Below are positions 11,343 through 23,700 of a stretch of 64,000 nucleotides of DNA, piece after piece. The notes below the pieces were generated by a model. It was not told the DNA's origin. It made no database searches and was given only the letters and a program-made list of their open reading frames with translations. The translations under genes were made by a program, and so were the position numbers. The first letter of the stretch is position 1, and every line of letters begins with the position of its first letter. Source of the stretch: Klebsormidium nitens (Eukaryota; Plantae; Klebsormidiophyceae); the NCBI GenBank assembly GCA_000708835.1, contig DF236961.1, positions 124,001 through 188,000 of the forward strand, in the 5' to 3' direction.

Positions 11343-14300
11343 TTAGTAGCTACTCTTCTTATCGCGTTCTCCACTGCCGCTTGAAGTGCGAGGACGTTTC
11401 TCTTCCAATAATCCCTTTGCTGGCCCCTGCCCTAGATCGAGGCTGCGCCAGGCGTACCCTCTCGACTCGTTCCTGTTGCCGAGCAGTGACTTATTTGCAA
11501 ACTCCGTGCTCCTACCTTCGATACGCTCTTCGCCAGCTTCCTGCTCTGATCCCAATATGTTCCTTTCACTGGAGACCCCGTTGCGAGAGGTTCTCAGCCC
11601 TTCGAGGAAGCCGTCTTTCTTCAGATAGTTCCACCGGCCAAGGCTCCCAGTCACGGACCTTGAAACCTGTTCTTTCACGCCGTTGGAACCCAACCTGCTG
11701 ACGTCATTACCGAGGGGCGGGAGCTGTCGCGGCCCATTCTTCCTAACGCCAAACGTCAGGTCCCCTGAAGCACTGTCCTTGCCAGCTGTCCGTGCCTGCA
11801 AACCGACCGTCAAACCCGCCGTCGGCATTGTCGGGGGCAGACTCCGCTTTCCGTTGCTCGTTCCGTTCAAGCTTTCCGTTCCGTTCTCATACCTCTCCGA
11901 ACGCCCCAGCCGGACCCCGTTGGCTGAGTCCAAACCCCTAGGCGGGGCCGCACCGAGGCTTCGTGCCTCGAGCCCCCGGTTCAACAGGGCCTTCCAATCG
12001 TCAGCGGAGTTCCTTCCCGGAGCGCCGAGGTTCCGCCCAGCGGAATGGCCGTTGCTGCTGGCGTCCAAACCCATGACCAGGTCTGCACCGATGGTTCGCG
12101 CCTCAAGCCCCCGGTTCAATAGGGCCTTCCAGTCGTCCGCAGAGTTCCGGCCCGGAGCGCCGAAGTTCCGCCCAGCGGAATGGCCGTTGGTGCCACTCGC
12201 AGGCAGGGGCGCCCTCTCCGCCTCGTTGATGGACAGCTGCGTGCTGCTCACGATATCGACGAGGGAGCGGTGGATCTCGTTGTCAAACGCGTCCCAGTAC
12301 CACTGCATAAACCACCTGCAGAGATGGGAAGAGAGGGACGGGTAAACGATTACAGTTTTCGTTCCGGCGAAGGTGCTCGGCTTGATTGTCTGCTGAAAGC
12401 CGCCGGGAACCTCGTGTAAACCGTACCGATAGCCGCTGATTCGACAGAGGTAGTAGCAACTGGCAGCTTGCGCCAGCAAGCAGGGCAGAAGTTTGGTCGG
12501 CTTGAAACGAAACATGCTCGTAGGCAAGGAAGTTTCAGGTCCGACAGAGTAGGAAGAGCGACTGACTTCCAGGCTGCTGGCTGGCCGATAATCGCCTTAC
12601 GGCTCCACCCACACAGACGCCTCTAACAACCCCACGCCTTCGCTTCCGACGAGACGAATTGCAATCTCCCTGTGCCTTGAAAGAAAAGTCTTCGCTCGCC
12701 GGACAGTCTTTTCTTCTGCGAATTGCACTAAGTTTGCCACAAAAAGCATCTTCGATTTCGCATGCAGAAGGAACCGTAATAGAGCATGTCATGAACAAAA
12801 GTACTTGTGGCTCACCTCTTGGCCATCTTCTTCCTGGTGATGCACGCCCCCAGCTCTCCCCGCGCCGCCACCTTCTCCCCCACGTATTCTTCCCAGGCCG
12901 AGAACGCCTCCCCCAGCCTGCGCCTGTTCACCCTGGCCGCCACCCGCTGCCCCGCCAGCCTCAGCGTTCGCCGCCTCGCTGCCACGTGGCACCACCTTCT
13001 GAGCGCCGCCGCCAGTTCTCTGCTCCTGCGTGCTTCACGGTAAAGACTCAACCGTCGCCTCAAAAGGACTTGCCTCGAGACGCGGTCTCTCCACTGAGCT
13101 AACGCTGACGTCAGCAGCTGTCGCTCGCTCTGCTGTTTTAGATGCTCGGCCGCGTCCCCAATCGCCGCTGCCCGCCAGAGGGCTTCTTTCCAGGCGGCAA
13201 ATGCGCGCCGCTGCTGCGACAGCTGTCGCCGCTTTGCGATCTCGCGTCCGATCCCGAGCGACCGACTCGTCTCATGCATCCACGTGTCAAACGCACCCCG
13301 CATCACCGCTCGGCGCGCCTCCTCTTCCTGTGCCCGTTCCTCCTGCGCCGCTGACGTCACCTCCCGCCAGGCCAGCAGAACGCGTCTCCTGACGCGTTGC
13401 TCAGCCTCGAGCTGCGCCGCTTGTCTTCGCTCCTCCTCCGCACGCTCAGCAAAGTTCTCCTTGACGACCCCCTCCCATGCAAAGAACGCTCTTTCAAGCA
13501 TCCTCCGTTTGGCCCAAATCACGGCCCGCACCTCCGACCTCCATTCCTCTTTCTCCTCAATCGCTCTCTCTTCCTTCGCCACGTGTACAGCTTCCGCCCA
13601 TGCGTAAAACCCGGCTTCCAGCAGCCTCCTAGTGGCCCACGTGGCAGCCCTCGAGGCGTCCTGCTCCTCCTTTCTAGTCGCTTCTTCCTCTGCAATCCGC
13701 AAGTTCGTTTCGGCGACCTCCCTCTCCTCTGCCGACTGCTCGACAAGCCCAACCCAGCCCTTGAAGGTCGCCTCGACCAGCCTGCGTTGCGCCCACCTAT
13801 CGGCCCTCTTCTCTTTCTCTTCCTCTCGTTGCTCTGCCCGACATTCTTTTTCTTGCACAATCTTCTCCTCCTCTTTTGTCTCGTCTACAGCAAGTATCCA
13901 CGAACCGAAAGCACGCTCCAACAGTCTGCGCTTCGCCCACTTCCCAGCGAACGCTTCCGCCTGGACCTCGCTTTCCTCCTCCCTTGCTCTTTCTTCCTCC
14001 TTCTCGTTGACTGTCCGCTGAACCTCACCCCGCCACACCCCCCAAACTCTCTCAAGCCGTCTTCGAACTGCCCAGCCGCCCGCCCACTTTTCTCTCGCTC
14101 TCTCTAGTTCCTCCTCCGCTCTTTCGTTCTCAGCCTCGTCACGTGCCGCTTCCATCGCCAATGTCCAAGCCCTGAAACCCCTCTCCTCCAACCGGCGTTT
14201 CCCCCACCTATCCGCAAACTCAACCCGTCTCGCCTCGGCTTTCTCCATCTCAATCTGCTCCTCGTTTTTCGCGATCCGAGCCGCCAGGCGGTCGATGCGC

Positions 14301-17300
14301 GCCCCTTCCGCCTCCTCCCGCCAAACCCTAAACCCTCGCTCGAGCCGCCGCTTAATCGCCCACCTTTCCGCCACCGCCACCTTGCGTACTTCCTCCGCCT
14401 CTTCTCGCACCCGCTTCTCTCGTTTTTTTTCCTCCGCTGCCCTCCGCTCCTCCAAAACCTCCGAAACCTCTGTTCTCCAGGCCAAAAAAGTCGCTTCCAG
14501 AAGGCTGCGCTTTGCCCAGGCAGTGGCTCTCTCCTCCCTCAACATCTGCTCGATCTCCGCGTGCGACTCTTCCAACCGCTTCTCCTGAGCCGCGGCAACG
14601 GAATCGTGCCACACCCGGAACCCGTCCCACAGAGCACGTTTCCGCGCCCAGGCCTCTGCCCGCCGCCACTGCCGCTCCTCCTGTTCAGTTTCCGCTAGAG
14701 TCCGCTCCCGTTCCCGTTCCGTTTCCTCCCGCCACGCCGCGAAACTCCTCCGCAAACACCCTCTGCCCACGATCCTTCGAGCAGCTTCGACCGCCTTGTT
14801 CAAATCCATTCGACCAGCAACAACCTCCCGCCAAGCACGTACCGTCCGAACTTGCATCCGCCGGTCCGCATATCGTGCGGCGCTCTCGATTGTTGATCGT
14901 CTATCTCTCCCCTCCGCAGCATAGTCTCTCCAGGCCTCGAAAGCCATCACCCCGCACCGGGCAGCCCACCGCCGCCGCAACCCCGCCTTCAGCTCGCGCG
15001 CCGCTCTCTTCCGCTGCACAACCATTTTCCACCCGTCCAGTACGACCGCCAGTGCCGATCGCTCCGCTTGCCGGCCCAGAAAATCCACCACCCTCTCCCG
15101 TTCCCTTGCTGCAGTCGTCCCCTCCCTCCACGCAACAAACGTGCGCCGCACCCGTCTCTCGCGAGCGATGCCTTCCAGCCGCGCCGCTTCCCGCACACCC
15201 CGCCGGTGATCTTCCACCGCCGAGAGCCACATGTCAAACGCGCGCGCCCTGAGCTGCGCCTCGAGCCGTTCCCGCATGCCGTCCGCCAGGGTCGCTCTCA
15301 GCCGTCGATCGGTCACCGCGGATTGCCAGGCCTCGAACGCCGCCGCTGCTAGCCGTCCTTTCCGGCTCTCAATTACATTCCGTTCCGCCTCGACCGTTGA
15401 CCGGACCTCTTCCCGCCAGGCCGTCAGCACGGATCCCAAGCGCCGTCTCTGGAACGCTCTTGCTAGCTGCTCGGCCCGTCGCCTCTTCTCAGCTTTCAGG
15501 TTCGCTCGGCACCGCCACGCATGAAAGCTCATTCTCGCCATTCGCAGCTGACGCGCCCTTCTCAGCTGGCCAGCCAACATTCGCTTCGCTTTTCGTGCCT
15601 CCACGTAGTCGCGCCACTTGGCAAACGCTCGCCGGGCCGTCCGCCCCTGCCACGTGTTCATCAGCCGCTCCAGAACCTCACTTCTCTCCCGCTCTAAATC
15701 CACCAACGCCCGCCACTGTGACATCACCCGCCTGGCCAACCCAACCTCCCTCCGGCGCTTCCCTTCTTTGACCATCTTCTTAACCAATCGCCGCTCCTCA
15801 CTCCACTGCAGCCACGCCCGCATAACCCGGGCCATAACCGAGCTTCTGACCCTCTCCCTAACCCTCCCCTCGGCAGCTGCCAACTGCACCCGCCGCCGCC
15901 ACACCTGCTCCCACGCCCCAAACGCTCTGCTCGTAAGACGGTTCCGCCGTGCTTCGCTTATCCGTGTTTCGAGAGCTCGCGACTGCTTCTTCAGCAGAAC
16001 GGTATCCCGCCAGCCATTGAAAACATTTCTGACACGAGACCTCTCCTTTTTGTGACCCAGAGACTCAGCGAAACGCTCTTGGTGCGCAGCCCTTGCGGAA
16101 AACGTGGCAGCGTACAATTCGTCGAGGCGGCGCGCCTCCTCCTCTTTGGCAGCGATGTGGTCCATCAAGTGAGTTATCTGTGTTTAACAAGTGGAGAAGC
16201 TTTAGCTCCTTGATAAAACCTCGAATAAGTGTCGAGGCCTGGACTAAAAGAAGAAAGACCTCAACCAGCAATCTATACTGCTCTGGAAGCTCCTAATAGA
16301 TTGGTTCATCAGACGTGATCTGATACCGACCACTTCTGGCTGCTCGAAATTGTCGTCATTAGAAGTGATCGTGAAGGGTGCTCAACGAAATGCAGCCACA
16401 CAAGAAAGCAAAAAGATAAAGCAGACAGAGGGCAAAAGAAAACAAGAGACCACTGAAAGCAACTGCCGATCTTCTATGCGACTGCGAATTACTGTCTGCT
16501 TGTCAGCCCTCTCGATCACTTCCGGGGAATACTAAATGGCCACAAACTATGCAAACGAGGAGGACCGTTTCGTGCACGTTACTACGATGTGTTTCGACAC
16601 GTTACCTAGAACCAGAGGTCTGTGAAACAAAAGGAGAACCAGATTCGTTGTCGAGAACGGCACACAACCGTGGTGTGATGCAAACAATCAAGAAGTGTTT
16701 CGTCCTAGACTATGTCGGTCGATACCTTGAAATCCTCATATGTGTTTCTCGACAGTTCGAAATCCCTCTTGGTGTCTCTAAACAGCCCTTAATTCCTTTC
16801 GTCGAGCCGCTGTCGAAACGTCTCTATTCCCGAGCCCCAGACTCTTACCGTCGCCTCCGCGTCCTGGTTGAGCTTCCCGATCTCGAAGACGGCGCCGTCT
16901 CGGACGTCCAACAGCTCCCGGCGCAGGGTCTCCAGCTCCGCTTGCAGGGCCCGCCGCGCCTGGATCTCCCGCTGCATGAAGTGCTTCCACTCGCTCGTGA
17001 GCAGGCTGGACATGGCGCGCAGCACGTTCCCTGGGCGCAAAAGAACCGAAAGTTGAGATTGCGTCGGGCTGGCCGCTCTGTCAGGAAAGATGCCAAACGC
17101 AATGACACGATTTTGGTGTCTTGAGAGGGAAAGAAAGGAAGATCTGACCGAGCTGTCAGGGAGGGGGTTGAAGAAGACGAACGGACTTTCAAGATCGAGG
17201 GGGGGAAAGAGGTAAGCGCAATCGCAGATGGGGATTCAAACGCGATGAAGCGTTGTGTCTAGCTCCTTAATCTGTGGAAACCGTGTTCGTTATGGACCGG

Positions 17301-17787
17301 CGCTGAGATAAACGGGGGGAAAATCTTAAGGATGCTCACTGTAAAAAGAGGTCGACAAAAGTCCTGTGACAAATATTTCTCGCCTGCTAAACAATTATTA
17401 CTCAGTTTCTCGGGTGTCCTTAAGAGCAATCACCTTGGCCTCAAGCAGCTCAAATCTTCGTGACCGTTGTCCTTTTCACACAAAAAAAGAAGCGGACCTC
17501 AATGGTTCCTTCCTTCCTTCTTGAACAGTATCTTAGTAAAGCGACGAACCTTGCCAGGAAATGAGGCCAGAATGAGAGTTTCGAAGGGCTTTCGTACCTT
17601 GCTTCTCATCGACGTTCTCCTGCACAGACTGCACCAGCCGTTCCACGTGTCCGTGAGTGATGGATGTCGACACTGCGCCGCGGTTGATTCGCTCAACCTC
17701 CACCGCGAAGACGAAGTTCTCCAGACGCCGGCTGCGGAATTGGAAGGTCCACGTGGTCCAGCCGCCTTGGGGCTCGTCCCCCACTAA
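11343..17787 (-). CDS. Sfi1-repeat (centrin-binding) protein, at least 1568 aa; exons 17787-17598, 17030-16849, 16177-12816, 12315-11343; 5' exons unresolved
   Basis: Four exons join in phase. The 3.36-kb exon carries roughly two dozen Trp-anchored repeats fitting the Sfi1 consensus A-x7-LL-x3-F-x2-W (e.g. ADRWAQRRLVEATFKGW), with 33-aa spacing in the N-terminal part. Low-complexity C-terminal tail. Confidence 0.8.
11958..12189. repeat. In-frame 135-bp (45-aa) tandem duplication in the Sfi1-like tail
   Basis: NGHSAGRN(F/L)GAPGRNSADDWKALLNRGLEAR occurs twice; the DNA copies end at 12054 and 12189. Confidence 0.9.
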
Positions 17788-19089
17788 CTGCAGAGCAGAA
17801 ACTTCTCAATTGATTGTCAAAAAAAGTAGATCACAGTCAATAGAGAGCTAGCATCTGACGATCTGACGCGTTTGCTGCAGGGCGCTTGCGTCCCTTCTCG
17901 TATTCAACAAGCTCTGAGTTTGTTGAGTGCATTTTAGATTTACTGACGCTGAGGCGTCTCTGTTCAACGCTGCGCGTGTGGCACCACTGCAAGCACCTGG
18001 CACTTGTTGGAAGAATGCAGTCTACTTGACGATTGTTTGCGATCACGGCCGAAATCTTACGTTCCTTTGGACGAAGGCTTGGAAGTTCGTCCAGAATTTT
18101 CATGTCGTTACGCATTGACTTAAATCGCAAATCTATATTCCTAAGCTTGCTCGTCTCGTCAACTCTTGATTGGTAGACACTGATAAATCCGATAACTCCC
18201 TTGCCAAATGATAAGACTTCGATCGGCCATGATGGGCCAGGAGACAGCCTTGAACTCTGTGGCTCGTCTCCAATCACCAGGCAATGTCGGAAGGAGACAA
18301 GAGTACCTGGCACTACAACAAGCCCTGCTCATCTCACAAGAAGCGAATACAACCTTTTCAACAAACTTTGAGACAGGTTTATGACTTGCTGGGGGTTTGA
18401 CCTACCTCCCATTGTTCCCATGTGCCCCAGTTGGTATTGTAGAAGCACAGGTGGTCTGGGCCCCTCCTCCGAGCTTGAAGGAACCGGCCCCCGGCAGCAG
18501 GGCTTTTGAAGCCTAACCAGGGGCCCTGTAGCACCAAAAAGTACACACAAGAAGCGCTCAGCGCTGTCACGACAGGCTTCAAAGAACACATAAGCTGCTG
18601 GCTACACAGACTTACAGGTCAAACACTTTGTGCCTTTGGCAAGACATGTGGTAATCTTCAACAGTTAAAGCCGGCAACTAAGCAAGCAGTCTCTTATGAG
18701 CAAGCTGACAGCCACTTGTGGATTCTTGTGCTGCGCAGATAGTATCTGAACTCTGTGATTCAGTATCTAGTCAGTTGCATCATGGTATCACATTAGCAGA
18801 TGTTCGATGAGGCACGCGAGCTGTTATTTTCGTTTCCTTCTGCAGCTGTGCTAAATCTGTCAGATGACTCATTAGACGATGCTGCTGACGCTGCCTTTAA
18901 AGATTCTCTGAAAGAAGCTCAGAGATCCTGGACTGCAATTGAGGGGACCTACTATCTCATCCTTTTGTTGCAGTTGTTTCCCAGTTGACCATGGGACATA
19001 CTTCCAGGAGCAAAATATGCAAACTCGACAAGCTCGATTCTAGGCAATGGCTGAACAGGATGCCGTTTAACCAAAGCTCTTGGTTCTCC

Positions 19090-19220
19090 CCATAGACCTC
19101 TCAAGAGACAAACGGAGCTTCTTATATTCTCCATAAAATCCTCAAAAATCAAACAGAGCTTCTGACTCTCCCTATAAACCCCTCAAAAGACAAACAGAGC
19201 TTCTCAATCTCTCCACAGAT
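19090..19220. repeat. Three imperfect ~50-bp tandem units with core ctcaaaagacaaacagagcttct
   Basis: Core visible near 19100, 19145 and 19188. Confidence 0.6.
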
Positions 19221-21203
19221 CTTTTGAGAAAGTTCCCAATGTTCCTCACCTGGCAAACCACCACCAGCTGTGCTACAGGGTCAGTGCTCTGCGCCCCCTC
19301 CTGCAGCGGCACCAGGTTGAAGATGCCTTGGCTATCTCTGACATCGTCTGTGGTTTGAGCAACCCCATACAAGATGCCACTCCTCCGGAAGACCACAATG
19401 TCTCCATCGACAAGGGTCACGTCTCTGGGGCGCCTTATGTTTGAAGTGGTTCTCTGGCCAAACTTCTCAGGGCTGCAGGATGGCTGGGGAAGGGCCATAT
19501 TGACTCCTGCAAGGACATGGATACACAAGACTTACTCTTTGAATGAGCAATGAGAAGGGAATCAACTTGACCCCCAACTTGACCCCATTTGAGAAGCAAT
19601 TGCAGATTTCAGACTGTACCACTAATCTATCAAAAGCCCAGATGCGGTGAGACGCATACCAGCATCCCATGTCTCATGAATTTCCAGGAACTTGGCTGAT
19701 AAACAGGGCCTTCTTAGAGCCAGCGGATTGATCTGCTCATAAGGGTGGTCGAAGCAGAAAGCAACAGGCCTGAATGTTGCTTGGATGAAAGTACAACCTG
19801 GTTGATGTCACACATCATCTTCTCCTCACATCGACGACTTGTGAGAATTCATCTCTCCCTGAGAAACTTCTACGACCACCCATGGATAGGAAGGCCAGGA
19901 CCTTACCAGTGTACAAATTCTCTGCTGCTTCCTTGCTCAGGCCAACCAAGTGGCCTGCCGCCCCTGCCTCATTTGATACGGCTGACATCCTCAAACCAGG
20001 ATGCCCATTAAAGGCTAGGGACAAGCTTCATTTTCCCCCATCTCAGTTATCACGATTGCGTCCATTGGCATTGAAATTGGATGTAGGTGCAGCTGACGAG
20101 CTTCGTAAAGTTCTGAGTTGGGGCCTTGGGGTTCAAGTTCAATGCTCCTGTAGGCTGTAGCCTGTAGGGACCAGGTAGATTGGTCTCTGGAAACGCGCAG
20201 GCGCCTTTTGATCCAGTTTGAAATGGAGGCTTCATCAACGGCGCAGAGCTGCTTCAAAAGCCACGCTGGACCTTTTTGACGGTTCCTTTCTACTTAGAGT
20301 CTGACAGAAGCAGAACCATGGTCTGTTCACACTGTTTGACTCATCTTCGATCAACAAAGTCGTGCTAGCTATCATGTTCTTTTAGTTTCGAAGACAGGTC
20401 CAATATCTGGAATATAAGGCTGAAGTTTTCCACCATGGCGGCATCTGGATTCACGGCAGCCCTGCCATCGTTTCTTTTCACTCAGAGCGTGCTTGGCTCC
20501 CACTGTCAAAACCACTTGACGAGGAGTGGCTTGTTGAATCCATGCTTGTGCACCTTCAGCTCCTTGAAAGCTAATCACGTTGCGAGCCTGGGCAACTGTA
20601 AGCGATTGACAAGGTGAGGAAAGATTGTTTGAGCATGTTAGATCAGGCGAGGACAAAATGCATGCGGGTAAGATGCTACAGAAGTGGTAGTGTTGGAAGT
20701 GTGAACTATGGTGGTTGTTTTGACTGCTCTTTTTGAGCTGGAGTTACAATCTGAGTATATGCCTGTTCCTTCAAGGTGGCAAGGCAAGGAGTCCAAGCAC
20801 ATTCATTCTTAAGATTTTGTATGGGGTACCAATGATCGTTTGCATTGATTCACTAGCGACACATGCACATGGTGGAAGCATGCTGGCGGCCTCTTCTGGT
20901 CACAGCATTGCTTCTGAAGAGGTTGCTCAACGGCAAAAATGGGAGCTTTTTGGATAGAGTGGGAGGCCTTACAGTGCCAAGTTCTTCTGTACAGTGCAAG
21001 GATGCTTCCCCGATGATTGTCCTTGCCACAGTTGTCACTTACTTCAGAGATGTCAGAATATGCACCGAGCGTGTTCGAAGTCTGTGCATTCAATCTTTGC
21101 CCATAAGCCCCACTTTTTGCAGAAGCCAACCACCCTTGCCCAACAACACGTCAGATGCCACATATCAAAGTGAGAACCAGCAGTTGCCAGTGAGAAGCAG
21201 CCC

Positions 21204-22670
21204 TTGCCTGAGTCAAAAAGAGCTGTTTTGGAGTTTCCTCGTTCAGGTCTAATTGGGCCCCAGTCACATTTTTGCAGAATATCAAGGCTTTCAGGAAGGA
21301 GAAAGGACTTTCACGTTCGTTCAGCCCTTCCCGACGACGCAGAAGAAGCAAGTACAAGCGGAAGTGGCGACGACGACAGCCCGACGGCCGCTGAGATCGA
21401 CTGGCGCGAGTTTCGGGCGCGACTCGTGGCGCGCTCCGCAGCCGAAGCTGCGGAACGTGCCCGAGAGGAACAATTAGAAAGCGACGCTGCGGAAGATAGA
21501 GCTGTCCCGGAGATCCAACCGGGGGGCTCGTGGGCGCATCCGCTGGTTCTACCGGAGGTTGGCGCCCTGGTTATCGCCAAACCGGGCTACTTTAACCAGA
21601 ATCAGCAGTACTTCAACCACGCCGTCATTCTCTTGCTGCACCATGGGGAGGAGGGCTCCATGGGGATAATTCTCAACAAGCCTACAGAACACACACTTGG
21701 CACACTTTTCGAAGGCATAGACACGCTCTCCCCAGAGTTGGCCTCGGGGCGGCTTTACCTTGGGGGCGATGTGGGGCATGGGGCCACGCATGTTTTGCAT
21801 AGGCACTCGGACCTTGACGGGACGAGAAAAGTAGTCGAAGGGGTTTACACGGGCGGGTTCGAGGCGATCGGGGAGCACATCCGGGCGGGCAAGAGCGAAT
21901 GCGACGATTACCGATGGTTTCATATGTATGCAGGTGAGTCCTTCCCATCTTTCTTCAAACTTTCGATGACTCGTTTCATGTCAATCTTGAAGTGTTCAGC
22001 AAGTTCACGTGTAATAGACTGTGGCAGGCCTGCGCACACATTTGAGATGGGCGGGTCTGCCAACTCTGAAGCTTTTTGAGTATGCATCGGCTCTGCTGTT
22101 GCAGCTAATTGCAGAAGAGTCGAAGTAAACGAAGCTTGCGAGCCAAGTGATGGTTGCCTCATGTACTTTTGATTGATCTTCGTACCTTTAGGAGACTTTT
22201 CACTCTTGAGATGGGTTTTAGCGTCACGATAGCAGGTCAGGGAAAGTTAGTGATTGTGAATGTTTGAACAAGTGGATTGACAGGGGTGGAGGGTCAATTT
22301 TTGGCGTTAAAGGGTTTGATGAGGTTTGTGCAAGCTTCATCTCCGTGCCCCTTTTCTGGAAAACAAGGAGTCGATTAACACCTCCGTTTCCGTACATAGA
22401 CCATTACTAGTGAGTGTGTCAGCAGCAAAATGAGTGGACTTTGCCCGAGATTTCACAACATACTGTTTCCTCTTTCTTTGTGTAGGTTGGGGACCTGGAC
22501 AACTAGAGAACGAGGTCAAAGCCGGCGTATGGTTCCTCGGAAGTTGCTCAAGAGACTTGCTTCTTACTCACTCAGAGGACTTGAAGACGCCCCTTTGGGA
22601 CGAAGTCCTGCAACTGATGGGTGGCACTTATGCGGAAGTGGCAAAGCGGAGAGCTGAGGACATGCCTTGA
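21204..22670 (+). CDS. YqgE/AlgH (DUF179, UPF0301) family protein, probably organelle-targeted; exons ~21204-21933, 22486-22670; true start unresolved
   Basis: DWREFRARLV, FNHAVILLLHHGEEGSMGIILNKP, LYLGGDV, WFHMYA|GWGPGQLENEVKAGVW, LWDEVLQLMGGTY. Phase-1 GT-AG intron. Ser/Arg-rich N-terminus. Confidence 0.9.
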
Positions 22671-23700
22671 TCGATTGTCCTTGTATTTGTGATTTTAGTG
22701 TACATAGATTCGAGTATGACTGTGTTGGGCTCAATGTCAATTAGACGTACTCCCGGTGCAAGCCCTTACCATCCCCAACTCTTTGGATGATGGCTGACAT
22801 AAGGTGCCTTTCATTCAGAAATGCAAAGCATCGGTCTCAACTGGTCTGCGATAGGAGCCTCCTCATGTGAGGTTGGCTGTCAGTCGCATCGACAAATCAA
22901 GTACCTGGCCGTAATGGCAACAGAACTTCGTCATGTGGTTATAAGGCCTTAAGTATGTATTGGTTGCCACTTTTCAATGCCCCCATGTGCAACTATGTCG
23001 AGACCGTTCGCGGTGTATCTCAGTTCAATGTCGGTCGGTGTATTCCTAGCTCTACTGCATGTGTCTAAGGTCGTCTATGAATCAGAATAATTACTGATCG
23101 ATTGAACCAGGGCCTAGCTCTGCATGATTCAATTGGACCGCGTCCCAATGTGCACGCGCAACCGTGATGGCGAGCCCATGGATCTCAAAAGGAGTCAAGG
23201 GTTGCAGCCCAATCGAAATCGCATGCAAAACCGATGCAACCTGACTCGGGATTACTCAGTGGTGACGTTGCGCTTGGGCCCGCCGTGCATGGGACTCCCA
23301 CATGCGCAGAAATTGTATTTAAAAGTCGGGCGGGCCCGCCCATGCGCTTGGAATCTTTCCAGTAAAGTACCGACTCAGCCGTGTAAAGTTAGAAAGTTCT
23401 GATCGTGTCGGAGTTTCACGGTCTTCGTACTCAGCTCTTGCCCTGCAGGCCGACATGCGTCCCCATGGCCAGCAGTACATCATCCGCTGTACTAATGAGC
23501 TGAAGTTATTATGTGGCAACCATGACCATAGATAACTGCTTAGCTTAATGGTCTGCGGAAGCGAGGTGTGGACACGCCGAAAAGGCAAGCGCAGAGAAGC
23601 CTCGGAATGTTGAGGACCGTGCTGAAATGCGTGGGAAGATGCACTTGATTGCATGAATCTGCTGTGTCAGTAACTTCAACCCAACGACTTCTCACACACA

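Noticed and set aside
13030-16055. Many + strand and alternative-frame ORFs over the Sfi1-like exon (also over the WRC, NUP54, SPF45 and LRL exons)
   Set aside because: Shadow ORFs of GC-rich coding sequence; low complexity, no motifs.
18505-18540. VLQGPWLGFKS as a decayed helicase Walker A (QGPPGTGKS)
   Set aside because: Spacing fits, but the codon changes needed are not simple C-to-T decay and no other helicase motifs were found.
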